Assembly: GCA_964591175.1 (NCBI GenBank)
Contig: CAZQAF010000001.1
Span: 12,879 to 76,878 of the forward strand
Reading direction: 5' to 3'
DNA length: 64,000 nucleotides
Source: an uncultured Desulfobacteraceae bacterium
GTDB taxonomy: Bacteria; Desulfobacterota; Desulfobacteria; Desulfobacterales; UBA11574
How positions within the stretch are numbered: position 1 is the first letter of the stretch; every line of letters begins with the position of its first letter. The position numbers were made by a program, and so were the translations under genes. The notes under the pieces were generated by a model. The model did no database searches. It worked only from the letters and a program-made list of their open reading frames with translations, and was not told the DNA's origin. Shown here one piece after another: positions 47,527 to 56,959 of this stretch.

Positions 47527-49371
47527 ATGACAGATGAAAAACAACATAACGAACTGAAAAAGCTATCCACATTAATACGATATTATATCCTGACCGCCAC
47601 GACCCATGCCGGGTCCGGCCATCCGACGTCTTCGCTGTCGGCAACCGAGCTGATGTGCGGCCTCTTTTTCGGCGGTATTTTCAGATATGATCTCGATCAG
47701 CCGGATCACCCCAACAACGACCGTTTGATTTTTTCCAAAGGCCATGCTTCTCCGCTGTATTATGCGTTGTGGGCGGCCGCCGGAAAGCTGTCGGAAGATG
47801 ACCTCATGACGTATCGTCAATTCGGAAGCCCCCTGGAAGGTCATCCGACGGTTTCGTTCCCCTATACGGATGCGGCCACCGGCTCCCTGGGTCAGGGCCT
47901 TTCCATCGGCGTGGGCATGGCATTGAACGCAAAATATCTCGATAAACTGCCATACCGGACATATGTTCTTCTCGGCGACAGCGAAATGGCGGAAGGGTCG
48001 CAGTGGGAGGCCATGGAAATCGGCGCATATTACAAGCTGAATAATCTCATCGGCATCCTCGATGTCAACCGGCTGGGCCAGCGGGGCGAAACCATGTACG
48101 GCCATGATCTGGCGGCCTATGAAAGACGAATTTCCGCCTTCGGATGGAAAACCATCCTCATCGACGGCCATTCTTATTCCGAAGTTCTTGAAGCCTATCA
48201 AAAAGCAATCAGCGTCCAGAACAGGCCGGTGATGATCATTGCCAAAACCATTAAGGGCAAAGGCGTTTCATTTATCGAAGACAAAAACGGCTGGCACGGC
48301 GTTGCGCTTTCAAAAACGGACTGTGAACGCGCCGTAACAGAGCTGGGCACCATTGACAAGTCGATCCGCGGCCGTATTTCGAGCCCGGATGACCGCCGGC
48401 CCGAAGATGTCCAGGCGAATCCGGCCGACCCCATGCACTACCCGGCCGATGAACCCGTTGCCACCCGTGATGCTTACGGCAACGCGCTTAAGCGGATTTA
48501 CCGGCAGTTTCCGAAGATCGTGGCGGTCGATGGCGAAGTGAGCAATTCCACCCGTGCGGAAAGATTTAAAGACGCCTATCCGGACCGGTTTTTTGAAATG
48601 TATATTGCCGAACAAAACATGGCGGGTGTCGCCCTCGGGCTTGGGTGCCGGGGGAAAATCCCCTTTGCCTCCAGTTTTGCGGCATTTTTGACGCGCGCGT
48701 TCGATCAGGTCCGGATGAGCCAGTATTCGGACGCGAATATAAAATTTGTGGGTTCCCATGCGGGAACGTCCATCGGTCTTGACGGACCTTCACAAATGGG
48801 GCTTGAAGATATCGCCATGTTCAGAACGATTCATAACGGCGTCGTCTTGTATCCGTCGGATGCCGTATCTACGGAAAGGGCCGTTGAGCTGGCTGCCGAA
48901 TATAACGGCATTGCGTACATTCGCACCACACGGATGAAAACGCCGGTCATATATGATGCCGATGAGACATTTTCGATCGGCAAAAGCAAAGTTTTAAAGA
49001 AAAACGAAAAGGACAGCGTCACCGTTATCGGCGCCGGCGTCACACTCCATGAAGCCCTCAAGGCATATGATGAACTTCAGAAAGAAGAGATCTTCATCCG
49101 TGTCATCGATCTTTACAGCATCAAGCCCATCGATGAAAAAACGCTTCAAAAGGCCGCCAAAGAAACCTCGTGTATCATCACCGTTGAAGACCACTATCCG
49201 GAAGGCGGCATCGGCGAGGCGGTCAGGAGCGGACTGGGCACGGTCTCGGTGCCGCTGTTTTCCCTGGCGGTACGAAAGAAGCCGAAAAGCGGCAAACCCG
49301 CAGAACTTCTTGATTTTGAAGAGATCTCAAAGGATGCCATCATCCAAACCGTTAAAGAAAATCTGAATTGA
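47527..49371 (+). CDS. tkt: transketolase
   Basis: 614 aa; …THAGSGHPTSSLSATELM…SKGHASPLYYA…GSLGQGLSIGVGMA… (TPP-binding) plus the pyrimidine-binding and C-terminal domains. Confidence 0.92.
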   Translation: MTDEKQHNELKKLSTLIRYYILTATTHAGSGHPTSSLSATELMCGLFFGGIFRYDLDQPDHPNNDRLIFSKGHASPLYYALWAAAGKLSEDDLMTYRQFGSPLEGHPTVSFPYTDAATGSLGQGLSIGVGMALNAKYLDKLPYRTYVLLGDSEMAEGSQWEAMEIGAYYKLNNLIGILDVNRLGQRGETMYGHDLAAYERRISAFGWKTILIDGHSYSEVLEAYQKAISVQNRPVMIIAKTIKGKGVSFIEDKNGWHGVALSKTDCERAVTELGTIDKSIRGRISSPDDRRPEDVQANPADPMHYPADEPVATRDAYGNALKRIYRQFPKIVAVDGEVSNSTRAERFKDAYPDRFFEMYIAEQNMAGVALGLGCRGKIPFASSFAAFLTRAFDQVRMSQYSDANIKFVGSHAGTSIGLDGPSQMGLEDIAMFRTIHNGVVLYPSDAVSTERAVELAAEYNGIAYIRTTRMKTPVIYDADETFSIGKSKVLKKNEKDSVTVIGAGVTLHEALKAYDELQKEEIFIRVIDLYSIKPIDEKTLQKAAKETSCIITVEDHYPEGGIGEAVRSGLGTVSVPLFSLAVRKKPKSGKPAELLDFEEISKDAIIQTVKENLN

Positions 49372-49443
49372 ACGATAAAAAAATCCTATGGGTCCGGGCA
49401 TCGCCGCCGGCCATGACGAAAGAAACTGAAAGGAGACAGCGCG

Positions 49444-52293
49444 ATGAAGCAAAACCCGCTGCTTAAAGTACAGGAATTCGGACAGAGCCTCTGGCAGGAC
49501 TATATCCAAAGAGGCCTCATCCTGTCCGGCGAGCTCAAACAGCTTATCGATGAAGACGGCATCCGGGGAGTGACCTCCAACCCGAGCATCTTTGACAAGG
49601 CCATTGCCGGCAGTCGCGACTATGACGGTGACATTCGCGCCATGGCGCTGGAAGGCAAGAGCATCGAGCAGATCTACCGGTTTCTCACCGTCCGGGACGT
49701 CCGGGAAGCCGCGGACTGTTTCAGATCGCTGTATGACCGGTCTGAAGGAAAGCACGGGTTTGTCAGTCTGGAAGTCAACCCCCATCTGGCCCATGACGAA
49801 AACGGTACCCTCCAGGAGGCACGGGAACTATGGAAAGCGCTGGACCGTCCGAATGTGTTTATCAAAGTGCCTGCTACCCGGGAAGGCTTGATATGCATTC
49901 GAAGGCTTATCGCCGAAGGCATCAACGTCAATGTCACACTGCTGTTCGGATTACCCCGATACCGGGAAGTTGCTGCTGCCTATATCGGCGGCTTGGAAGA
50001 CCGGGCCGCACAGGGTAAACCGATTGACCGGGTATCGTCCGTGGCCAGTTTTTTCCTGAGCCGGATCGACGTCCTGGTGGATCAGGAACTTGAAAAGATT
50101 ATGGAAGGAGACACCGAAAAAGCAGGCCTTTCTAAAAAATGTCACGGTGAGGTGGCCATCGCCAGCGCAAGGCAGGCCTATCAGATATACAAAAAGATTT
50201 TCCAGGATGAGCGGTTTCGTAAGCTTGCGGACCAGGGAGCCCGGCCACAGCGCCTCTTGTGGGCCAGCACCAGTACCAAGAATCCCAAATACTCAGATGT
50301 CAAATATGTCGAGGCCCTGATCGGGCCGGACACGGTCAATACCCTGCCCCAGGAGACGATTAAGGCTTACCGGGATCATGGCAACCCTGCCGCGCGGCTG
50401 GAGCAGGATCTGGATGTGGCCGGGGAAGTATTTGAAAGTCTTCTATCACTTGACATCGATATTGATAAAGTCACCCAGCAGCTCGAAGATGAGGGCGTTG
50501 AGAAATTCAACAAGCCCTATGACAGTCTCATGGAAACGCTCGAGAAAAAGCGGGTCTCGGTACTCAAAGAACCGGTGGATGTTCAGTGGATCAACCTTGC
50601 CGGTTACGGTTCTGAGGTGGAAAAACAGATCGACAATATGGAAAAAGACGACTTCGTCGCCCGACTGTGGCGAAAGGATACCGCTTTGTGGAGCGCAGAC
50701 CCAAAGGATCAGGAGGTGATCCGCAAGGCCATGGGATGGCTGCATGCAGCTGATAAAATGGAAGAAAACATAAAAGAACTGACCGATTTTACCAAAGAAG
50801 TCAAAAATGCCGGTTTTACCCACGTGGTCCACATGGGCATGGGCGGCAGCAGCCTGGCACCATTGGCCTTTCAACGGACATTTTCCCAAACAGAACATGG
50901 ACTTCGCTTGATTGTATTAGACACCACGGATCCGGCCACCATTGCCGATATTGAAAAACGCGTGCCCTTAAAACAAACCCTTTTTATCGTTGCCAGCAAA
51001 TCCGGGACCACTGCCGAACCGCTGGCGTTTATGGAATATTTTTTCGAAAAAATTAAAGCCGAAAAAAATAAATATGCCGGAGAAAATTTTGTGGCGATCA
51101 CGGATCCTGAAACACCGCTTACGGATCTGGCTAAAAAGCGAAATTTCAGGCGTGTATTTCTCAATTTCAAAGACATCGGCGGCCGTTATTCCGCATTGTC
51201 GTATTTCGGCCTGGTACCCGCAGCCCTGATGGGCATCGATGTGGCGGAACTTCTGGTAAGATCGTTGAGAATGAAACACGCCTGCGAATCGAACATGTCC
51301 ATCCGTGAGAATCCCGGCATCCATCTGGGCGTTGTGCTGGGTCAACTCGCAAATAAAGGGCGAAACAAGGTCACTTTTCTGGTTCCGGAGGCGATCTCGA
51401 CTCTAGGGACGTGGCTGGAACAGCTTTTGGCTGAAAGCACCGGCAAGAACGGCACCGGCTTGATCCCGGTGGCCCTTGAACCGGTGGGATATCCGGTCGT
51501 ATACGGTAATGATCGGGTGTTTGTCCATATCCGAATCAAAAATGAAATCGATGAGTGCCTTGACCGGAGCGTAGAACAATTGCGCACGGCCGGACAGCCC
51601 GTGGTGACCATTGAAATGACGGATCGAATGGATCTTGCCCAGGAGTTTTTCCGCTGGGAAATCGCTACGGCAACGGCCGGCGCAGTTTTGGGGATCAATG
51701 CCTTTGACCAGCCCAATGTCCAGGAAAGCAAAGACAACACCAATCGGCTTTTGAAGCTTGTCGAGGACAAAGGCAAGCTGCCGGAGGAAAAACCGAACAT
51801 TACTGACGGGTTGCTCAGCCTTTACAGTAAAGAAGATGAAAAGATAACCGGCATTGCCGATGGTCTCATCCGGTTCTTGGGCCGAAAGATAAACCCCGGC
51901 GATTATATCGCGATACTGGCTTATCTGACCGAAGAAACCGCTACGGAGGTTATCCTTGAAAATATTCGCCTGACGTTGCAGTCTAAATTGAAAATCGCGA
52001 TCACCATGGGGTATGGTCCCCGGTATCTTCACTCAACCGGCCAGCTTCATAAAGGCGGTCCAAATGCGGGAATCTTTCTGCAGCTCACAACAGACGCGTC
52101 CTATGACATGAATGTACCTGGGAAACCTTATACTTTCGGCGTTTTTAGACAAGCACAGGCACAGGGCGACCTGGAAGCATTGTATAAGCATGGCCGTCGC
52201 GCATTACGGATCCACCTTTCCGGGGACCAGGGGCAAGCACTGCTCCAATTAATAAAGGCAATGAATACCGCTCTGTCAGGAGTAAAGCTATAG
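49444..52293 (+). CDS. bifunctional transaldolase / glucose-6-phosphate isomerase
   Basis: 949 aa; N-terminal transaldolase (…GVTSNPSIF…FIKVPAT…) fused to a PGI domain (…LFIVASKSGTTAEPL…GGRYSALS…). Confidence 0.9.
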   Translation: MKQNPLLKVQEFGQSLWQDYIQRGLILSGELKQLIDEDGIRGVTSNPSIFDKAIAGSRDYDGDIRAMALEGKSIEQIYRFLTVRDVREAADCFRSLYDRSEGKHGFVSLEVNPHLAHDENGTLQEARELWKALDRPNVFIKVPATREGLICIRRLIAEGINVNVTLLFGLPRYREVAAAYIGGLEDRAAQGKPIDRVSSVASFFLSRIDVLVDQELEKIMEGDTEKAGLSKKCHGEVAIASARQAYQIYKKIFQDERFRKLADQGARPQRLLWASTSTKNPKYSDVKYVEALIGPDTVNTLPQETIKAYRDHGNPAARLEQDLDVAGEVFESLLSLDIDIDKVTQQLEDEGVEKFNKPYDSLMETLEKKRVSVLKEPVDVQWINLAGYGSEVEKQIDNMEKDDFVARLWRKDTALWSADPKDQEVIRKAMGWLHAADKMEENIKELTDFTKEVKNAGFTHVVHMGMGGSSLAPLAFQRTFSQTEHGLRLIVLDTTDPATIADIEKRVPLKQTLFIVASKSGTTAEPLAFMEYFFEKIKAEKNKYAGENFVAITDPETPLTDLAKKRNFRRVFLNFKDIGGRYSALSYFGLVPAALMGIDVAELLVRSLRMKHACESNMSIRENPGIHLGVVLGQLANKGRNKVTFLVPEAISTLGTWLEQLLAESTGKNGTGLIPVALEPVGYPVVYGNDRVFVHIRIKNEIDECLDRSVEQLRTAGQPVVTIEMTDRMDLAQEFFRWEIATATAGAVLGINAFDQPNVQESKDNTNRLLKLVEDKGKLPEEKPNITDGLLSLYSKEDEKITGIADGLIRFLGRKINPGDYIAILAYLTEETATEVILENIRLTLQSKLKIAITMGYGPRYLHSTGQLHKGGPNAGIFLQLTTDASYDMNVPGKPYTFGVFRQAQAQGDLEALYKHGRRALRIHLSGDQGQALLQLIKAMNTALSGVKL

Positions 52294-52295
52294 AC

Positions 52296-52919
52296 ATGAC
52301 TAAAAAACCCATCGTTGCACTTTTTCTCGATATCGGAGGCGTTTTACTCACCAACGGCTGGAGTCGCGATCTTAGAAAGCGCGCGGCCGACACGTTCGGA
52401 CTCGATTATAAAGATATGGATGAACGGCACAATCTGACGTTCGGCACGTATGAAGAGGGAAAACTCAGCTTGGATCAGTATCTGAACCGGGTTGTTTTTT
52501 TCAAGGACCGTCCCTTTACCCGGGAAGATTTCAAGGCATTTATGTTTGCCCAGTCCGAACCCTTGACGGAAATGATCGAGTTTGTCTGCCGGCTCAAGCA
52601 AAGGTATCCGCTCAAAATTGCCGCGGTCAGCAACGAAGGGCGGGAGCTCACCATTTACCGAGTCACCAAATTCAATTTAAAACGCTTTATCGATTTTTTT
52701 ATCGCATCGTGTTTCGTGCATTTTCGAAAACCCGATGAAGACATATACCGCATCGCTCTGGATTGCGCCCAGGTGCCGGCCGAAGAGGTCGTCTATATCG
52801 ATGATCGGGCCATGTTCGTAGAAATCGCGCAGGGGTTGGGGATTCGAGGTATTGTTCATCGTGGATTCGAATCCACCCGGGAAAAGCTGAAAGAAATGGG
52901 GCTGGAGATTCATGCATAA
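52296..52919 (+). CDS. HAD-IA family hydrolase
   Basis: 207 aa; LFLDIGGVLLTNGW (DxG nucleophile region), …AAVSNEGREL…, YIDDR. Confidence 0.75.
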   Translation: MTKKPIVALFLDIGGVLLTNGWSRDLRKRAADTFGLDYKDMDERHNLTFGTYEEGKLSLDQYLNRVVFFKDRPFTREDFKAFMFAQSEPLTEMIEFVCRLKQRYPLKIAAVSNEGRELTIYRVTKFNLKRFIDFFIASCFVHFRKPDEDIYRIALDCAQVPAEEVVYIDDRAMFVEIAQGLGIRGIVHRGFESTREKLKEMGLEIHA

Positions 52920-52989
52920 CCGTCGACGCTATTCCATCATTTACAGTGTACAATTTCAGAAACCTTAATACAGACCAGGAGAAATAAAC

Positions 52990-53541
52990 ATGGCCGATCA
53001 TGATAACCATAAAAAATGCAATATCGGATTGATCGGGCTGGGGGGCATGGGGCGCAATTTTGCGCAGAACATGGCCGATCATGGATTCTCTGTTGCAGGA
53101 TATGACCGGGACAAAGAAAAAAATCAGGCGTTGATGACTGAAAAGACCAAGCAAGAGGATCTGCGCGCCGCTCATGACATCAAAGAATTTATCGGCCTTT
53201 TTTCCCGGCCCAGAAGTGTGATGATGCTGGTGCCCGCAGGAGATCCCGTGGACGCCGTAATCGATGAACTCCTTTTGTATCTTGAACCCGGGGATCTCAT
53301 TATCGACAGCGGCAATTCGCGGTTTACGGATACGAACCGGCGCATTCGATCCATAGAAAGCAAAGGGTTCCAATATCTGGGAATGGGAATGTCCGGCGGT
53401 GAAAGCGGGGCCCGCCGGGGTCCGAGCCTGATGCCGGGCGGCACCCGTAAAGGATATGAGCGAATTGCCGAAATTCTTGAAGCGGCCGCCGCCCGGGTGG
53501 ATGCCGCCGGAACCTTTCACACCAGATGGGGAAAGCAATAA
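52990..53541 (+). pseudogene. gnd: 6-phosphogluconate dehydrogenase, N-terminal NAD(P)-binding domain only (truncated)
   Basis: 183 aa; IGLIGLGGMGRNFAQNMADHGF … GMGMSGGESGARRGPSLMPGG is the long-type Gnd N-domain. The ORF stops 9 nt before zwf. The catalytic C-terminal domain (GxGHxVKMVHNGIEYG region) is absent from every frame downstream. Confidence 0.7.
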
Positions 53542-53550
53542 GGAGTTCAT

Positions 53551-55107
53551 ATGAAAAACGGAAAATCGCTGGATGCGACGCTTTTTGTTATTTTCGGAGC
53601 CGCGGGGGATCTGACGCAGCGAAAATTGATTCCCGCCCTTTACAATCTGTATTTGAACGGCTGGATGCCCGAAAAATTCGAAGTCATCGGCACGAGTTCC
53701 AGAGAGATGAATGATGTGAAATTCCGGGACCATCTTCGCAAGGGTGTGAATCAGTCCTCCCGGCGGGGAAAGGTGAAAGACGAAGATTGGAAAAATTTTG
53801 CCCAATGTCTCCATATCATCAAAATGGACCTGACCGAAGCAAAAGCATACAAAACTCTGGCCAAGATACTCGCCGACCGGGAAAAGGAATGGGGCGAGCA
53901 AGCAAACCGCATTTTCTACCTGGCCTTGCCGCCGAGCATGATTGAACCGGTGACCCGGCATCTGGCGGCGTCAAAACTGAATCAAGAACGGAAAAGGGCC
54001 CGGATTGTCGTTGAAAAACCCTTTGGGCATGATCTCGAGTCGGCCGGAACGTTAAACCGCCTTTTGACCGGGATTTTCGAAGAGCGGCAGATTTTTCGCA
54101 TCGACCACTATCTGGGAAAGGAAACCGTACAGAATATTCTGGCCTTCCGCTTCGGCAATACCCTTTTCGAGCCCATCTGGAACCGGCAGTATATCGATCA
54201 TATTCAGATTACCGTGGCCGAAGACCAGGGAATCGGCCACCGGGGGCGATACTATGATAAGGCCGGCGCCCTACGGGACATGATCCAGAATCATCTGCTG
54301 CAGATACTCTGTCTGATCGCCATGGAAGCCCCGGTGTCCTTCGACGATAATGAGGTTCGCAATAAAAAAGTGGATGTGCTTCATGCCATACGGCCCATTT
54401 CCCATGAGCAGGTGCATCGCCATGCCGTGCGCGGCCAGTACGGTGCGGGAAAAATCAACGGGGAATATGTTAAAGGATATCATGACGAAGAAAACATCTC
54501 CGAAAATTCCTTCACGGAAACGTTTGCGGCTATTAAACTTTACGTCGATAACTGGCGATGGCAGGGCGTACCCTTTTTTTTAAGGAGCGGCAAGCGGCTG
54601 CCGGCAAAAATCTCTGAGGTTTCCATTCAATTCAAGCCGGTTCCCCACCAGACATTTCCGACTTCCGCAACATTGGACTGGCGCCCCAACCGGCTGCTGA
54701 TCGCCATCCAGCCGGAAGAGGGGATCCTGTTGCGATTCGAGGTCAAAAAGCCCGGTCCCATATTCCAGCTTTCTCCGGTAATGATGCAGTTTTTCTATCG
54801 TGAGGCGTTTAAAGCCGTGCCACCGGAGGCTTATGAGACATTGCTGCTGGATATCATGAAAAACGACGCCACTCTTTTTTTGAGAGGGGATCAGGCGGAG
54901 GCGGCATGGTCGGTCATCGGCCCTGTTTTAGATGTCTGGAGCAGTGTGAAATCCACCGATTTCCCAAACTATCAGGCCGGTACCTGGGGGCCTGAAGAAT
55001 CCGACATACTCATTGCCCAAGACGGTTTCTCCTGGATTACACCCACCACGCTCAAGTGCCAGGAAGATGCGTCGGTATGCCGGATTATTACGGAACCGCT
55101 GCCATGA
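53551..55107 (+). CDS. zwf: glucose-6-phosphate 1-dehydrogenase
   Basis: 518 aa; FVIFGAAGDLTQRKLIPALYNL, RIDHYLGKE, and the …DMIQNHLLQ… motif. Confidence 0.95.
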   Translation: MKNGKSLDATLFVIFGAAGDLTQRKLIPALYNLYLNGWMPEKFEVIGTSSREMNDVKFRDHLRKGVNQSSRRGKVKDEDWKNFAQCLHIIKMDLTEAKAYKTLAKILADREKEWGEQANRIFYLALPPSMIEPVTRHLAASKLNQERKRARIVVEKPFGHDLESAGTLNRLLTGIFEERQIFRIDHYLGKETVQNILAFRFGNTLFEPIWNRQYIDHIQITVAEDQGIGHRGRYYDKAGALRDMIQNHLLQILCLIAMEAPVSFDDNEVRNKKVDVLHAIRPISHEQVHRHAVRGQYGAGKINGEYVKGYHDEENISENSFTETFAAIKLYVDNWRWQGVPFFLRSGKRLPAKISEVSIQFKPVPHQTFPTSATLDWRPNRLLIAIQPEEGILLRFEVKKPGPIFQLSPVMMQFFYREAFKAVPPEAYETLLLDIMKNDATLFLRGDQAEAAWSVIGPVLDVWSSVKSTDFPNYQAGTWGPEESDILIAQDGFSWITPTTLKCQEDASVCRIITEPLP

Positions 55108-55826
55108 TTCGCGTCCTTTCCGATTTGGAATCTTTAAGCCTGGAGGCGGCCGGGATTTTTGTTCAGCAGGCACAGTCTTCGGTAGACCGGCGGGGACGTT
55201 TCTGCGTGGCGCTTTCCGGAGGCCGCACACCCACGCGCCTGTATGAAATACTGGCCGGCCCGATTTTTCATAATAAAGTTCCCTGGGACCGAACCTATAT
55301 TTTCTGGGGGGATGAACGCTGCGTCCCGGCAGATGACCCAAAAAACAACGCGCTGATGGCACGACAGAGGCTCCTTGACCACGTTCCCGTACCGCCGGAA
55401 CAGATTCACCCGATTCTGTGCCATGAAGCACCGGCAAAATCCGCTAAGCAGTACGGTGACTTGCTGTATCATTTCTATGCCGCCGGTCCGCCGGCTTTCG
55501 ACTTTGTTTTACTGGGGCTGGGAGAAGACGGGCATACCGCGTCCCTTTTTCCATACGATGAAATCTTGAATGATCAAGATGCATGGACGTCTGCCGTTTA
55601 TGTTCAAGAACAGGACATGTACCGGGTAACCCTGATGCCGGCTGTCATCAACCGGGCGCGGATGGTGGTGTTTCTGGTTTCCGGAGATTCCAAAGCATCT
55701 GTTTTAAAAGAGGTGATTGCCGGACCGGCAGACCCTTTCCGGCTGCCGGCCCAGCTGATCCGGCCGGTACCCGGTGAACGGGTCTGGCTGGCCGACCGCG
55801 CGGCTGCAGCCTTGCTGGATCTGTAG
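55104..55826 (+). CDS. pgl: 6-phosphogluconolactonase
   Basis: MIRVLSDLESLSLEAAGIF…ALSGGRTP…WGDERCVP…LLGLGEDGHTASLFP. ATG 55104 forms an ATGA overlap with the zwf stop; the track start at 55056 is an over-extension. Confidence 0.9.
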   Translation: MIRVLSDLESLSLEAAGIFVQQAQSSVDRRGRFCVALSGGRTPTRLYEILAGPIFHNKVPWDRTYIFWGDERCVPADDPKNNALMARQRLLDHVPVPPEQIHPILCHEAPAKSAKQYGDLLYHFYAAGPPAFDFVLLGLGEDGHTASLFPYDEILNDQDAWTSAVYVQEQDMYRVTLMPAVINRARMVVFLVSGDSKASVLKEVIAGPADPFRLPAQLIRPVPGERVWLADRAAAALLDL

Positions 55827-55883
55827 ATCACTCCCCTTTCCTAAAATCCCAATATTTTATCCGGTTTAAAGAAAAAAGCCGTC

Positions 55884-55912
55884 TTGACAATATTTCTGGC
55901 GTGCAATATTTT
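55884..55912 (+). promoter_or_regulatory. candidate sigma70-type promoter for the acetate-channel gene
   Basis: TTGACA (55884..55889), a 17-nt spacer, then TATTTT (55907..55912). It lies between the arms of a 12-bp perfect inverted repeat (55846..55857 and 55965..55976). Confidence 0.35.
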
Positions 55913-56150
55913 AAAATAAGTCGTTGTTGCCGGAGCATGAGGCTGTCTGATATCCCGATCTACGAAATATTGGGATGGTTGATGCTTTGGCACAAAATGT
56001 TAACTTTTTCCTTATTCCTAACTCGAAAGGTAATTCTTCTCACTTCATACTCACTTCACTTTTTCCCGAATTTAAAATGACAATTCATATCACTCAAAAG
56101 GAAAATCTCATTACTTTTCATTATTAAGATACATCTAAAAGGAGGCTCAA

Positions 56151-56741
56151 ATGAATGAAGCAAAATTAGGCAACCCCGCTGTTGTCGGTCTAGGCGGATT
56201 CGGTATGACCACGTTATGCTTGCAGTTCCACAACCTTGGCTGGGTCGGAATTGGACCTGTGCTGTGGCTGGGGCTTATATTCGGAGGCAGCGCCCAATTG
56301 ATTGCGGGCCTGCTGGAGTTCAAAACAGGCAATAACTTTGGTTTTTGCGCGTTCAGCGGATACGGCGCATTCTGGATCGCTTTATGTTTTTATGTTATTT
56401 TCGGAACCAATGCAGAGCTCATAAAAATGTACCCCACCCTGAAATTGACAGGCCATGGTTTAGGCATTTTTCTGCTCATGTGGACATTTTTTACCTTTAT
56501 TTTATTCATCGCGTCCATGAAGCATCACTCTACACTTGCCTGGATATTTCTCACCTTGCTCTTAGGGTTTATCGGGCTGGATTTCAAAGAGCTGGCCGGG
56601 AACAAACTTCTGGGTACACTCGCTGCCTGGGATCTCATCGTCTGCGCGCTGCTGGCCTGGTATCTCATGGCCCATGTGGTTTTTGCAGAGGCCGGTATCA
56701 ATCTGCCCGTTGGCAAGCCATGGATCAAGAGCGGCAGCTAA
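56151..56741 (+). CDS. GPR1/FUN34/YaaH (SatP) family acetate/succinate channel
   Basis: 196 aa; NPAVVGLGGFGMTTL…GGSAQLIAGLLEFKTGNNFGFCAFSGYGAFW with six hydrophobic helices. AAAGGAGG RBS. Confidence 0.85.
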   Translation: MNEAKLGNPAVVGLGGFGMTTLCLQFHNLGWVGIGPVLWLGLIFGGSAQLIAGLLEFKTGNNFGFCAFSGYGAFWIALCFYVIFGTNAELIKMYPTLKLTGHGLGIFLLMWTFFTFILFIASMKHHSTLAWIFLTLLLGFIGLDFKELAGNKLLGTLAAWDLIVCALLAWYLMAHVVFAEAGINLPVGKPWIKSGS

Positions 56742-56959
56742 TATTTCGGGCTTCGGCCCAATAGCTTAGCAACGCATTTAACTGTGCCCCGTCTGCAAAA
56801 AGCAGCCGGGGCATCGACTGCCGGAACCCCGCCGCCTGCAAAGAGGCCGCAATCTTTTTTCATGCCGGGTGTTTTTCCGTTTTGATTTATGGTATAGTAC
56901 ATTTTTAACTGCGGCGGCGCGCGACAAATTTATTAATTTAGCATTCTGGAGGCTACCTC

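Noticed and set aside
52699-53961. 420-aa minus-strand ORF spanning HAD, truncated gnd and the zwf start
   Set aside because: It crosses three plus-strand genes that have clear family motifs and RBSs. It has no motif of its own, so it does not explain the gnd truncation.
55988-56003. TGGCAC-N5-GTTAA resembling a sigma54 -24/-12 element upstream of the acetate-channel gene
   Set aside because: The -12 GC dinucleotide (TTGC) is missing, so only the -24 half matches. This is probably chance.
56785-56813. Hairpin tgccccg-tctgcaaaaagcagc-cggggca downstream of the acetate-channel gene
   Set aside because: The stem is good, but no U-tract follows on the plus strand. I did not call it an intrinsic terminator, although it may still be a 3' stabiliser.
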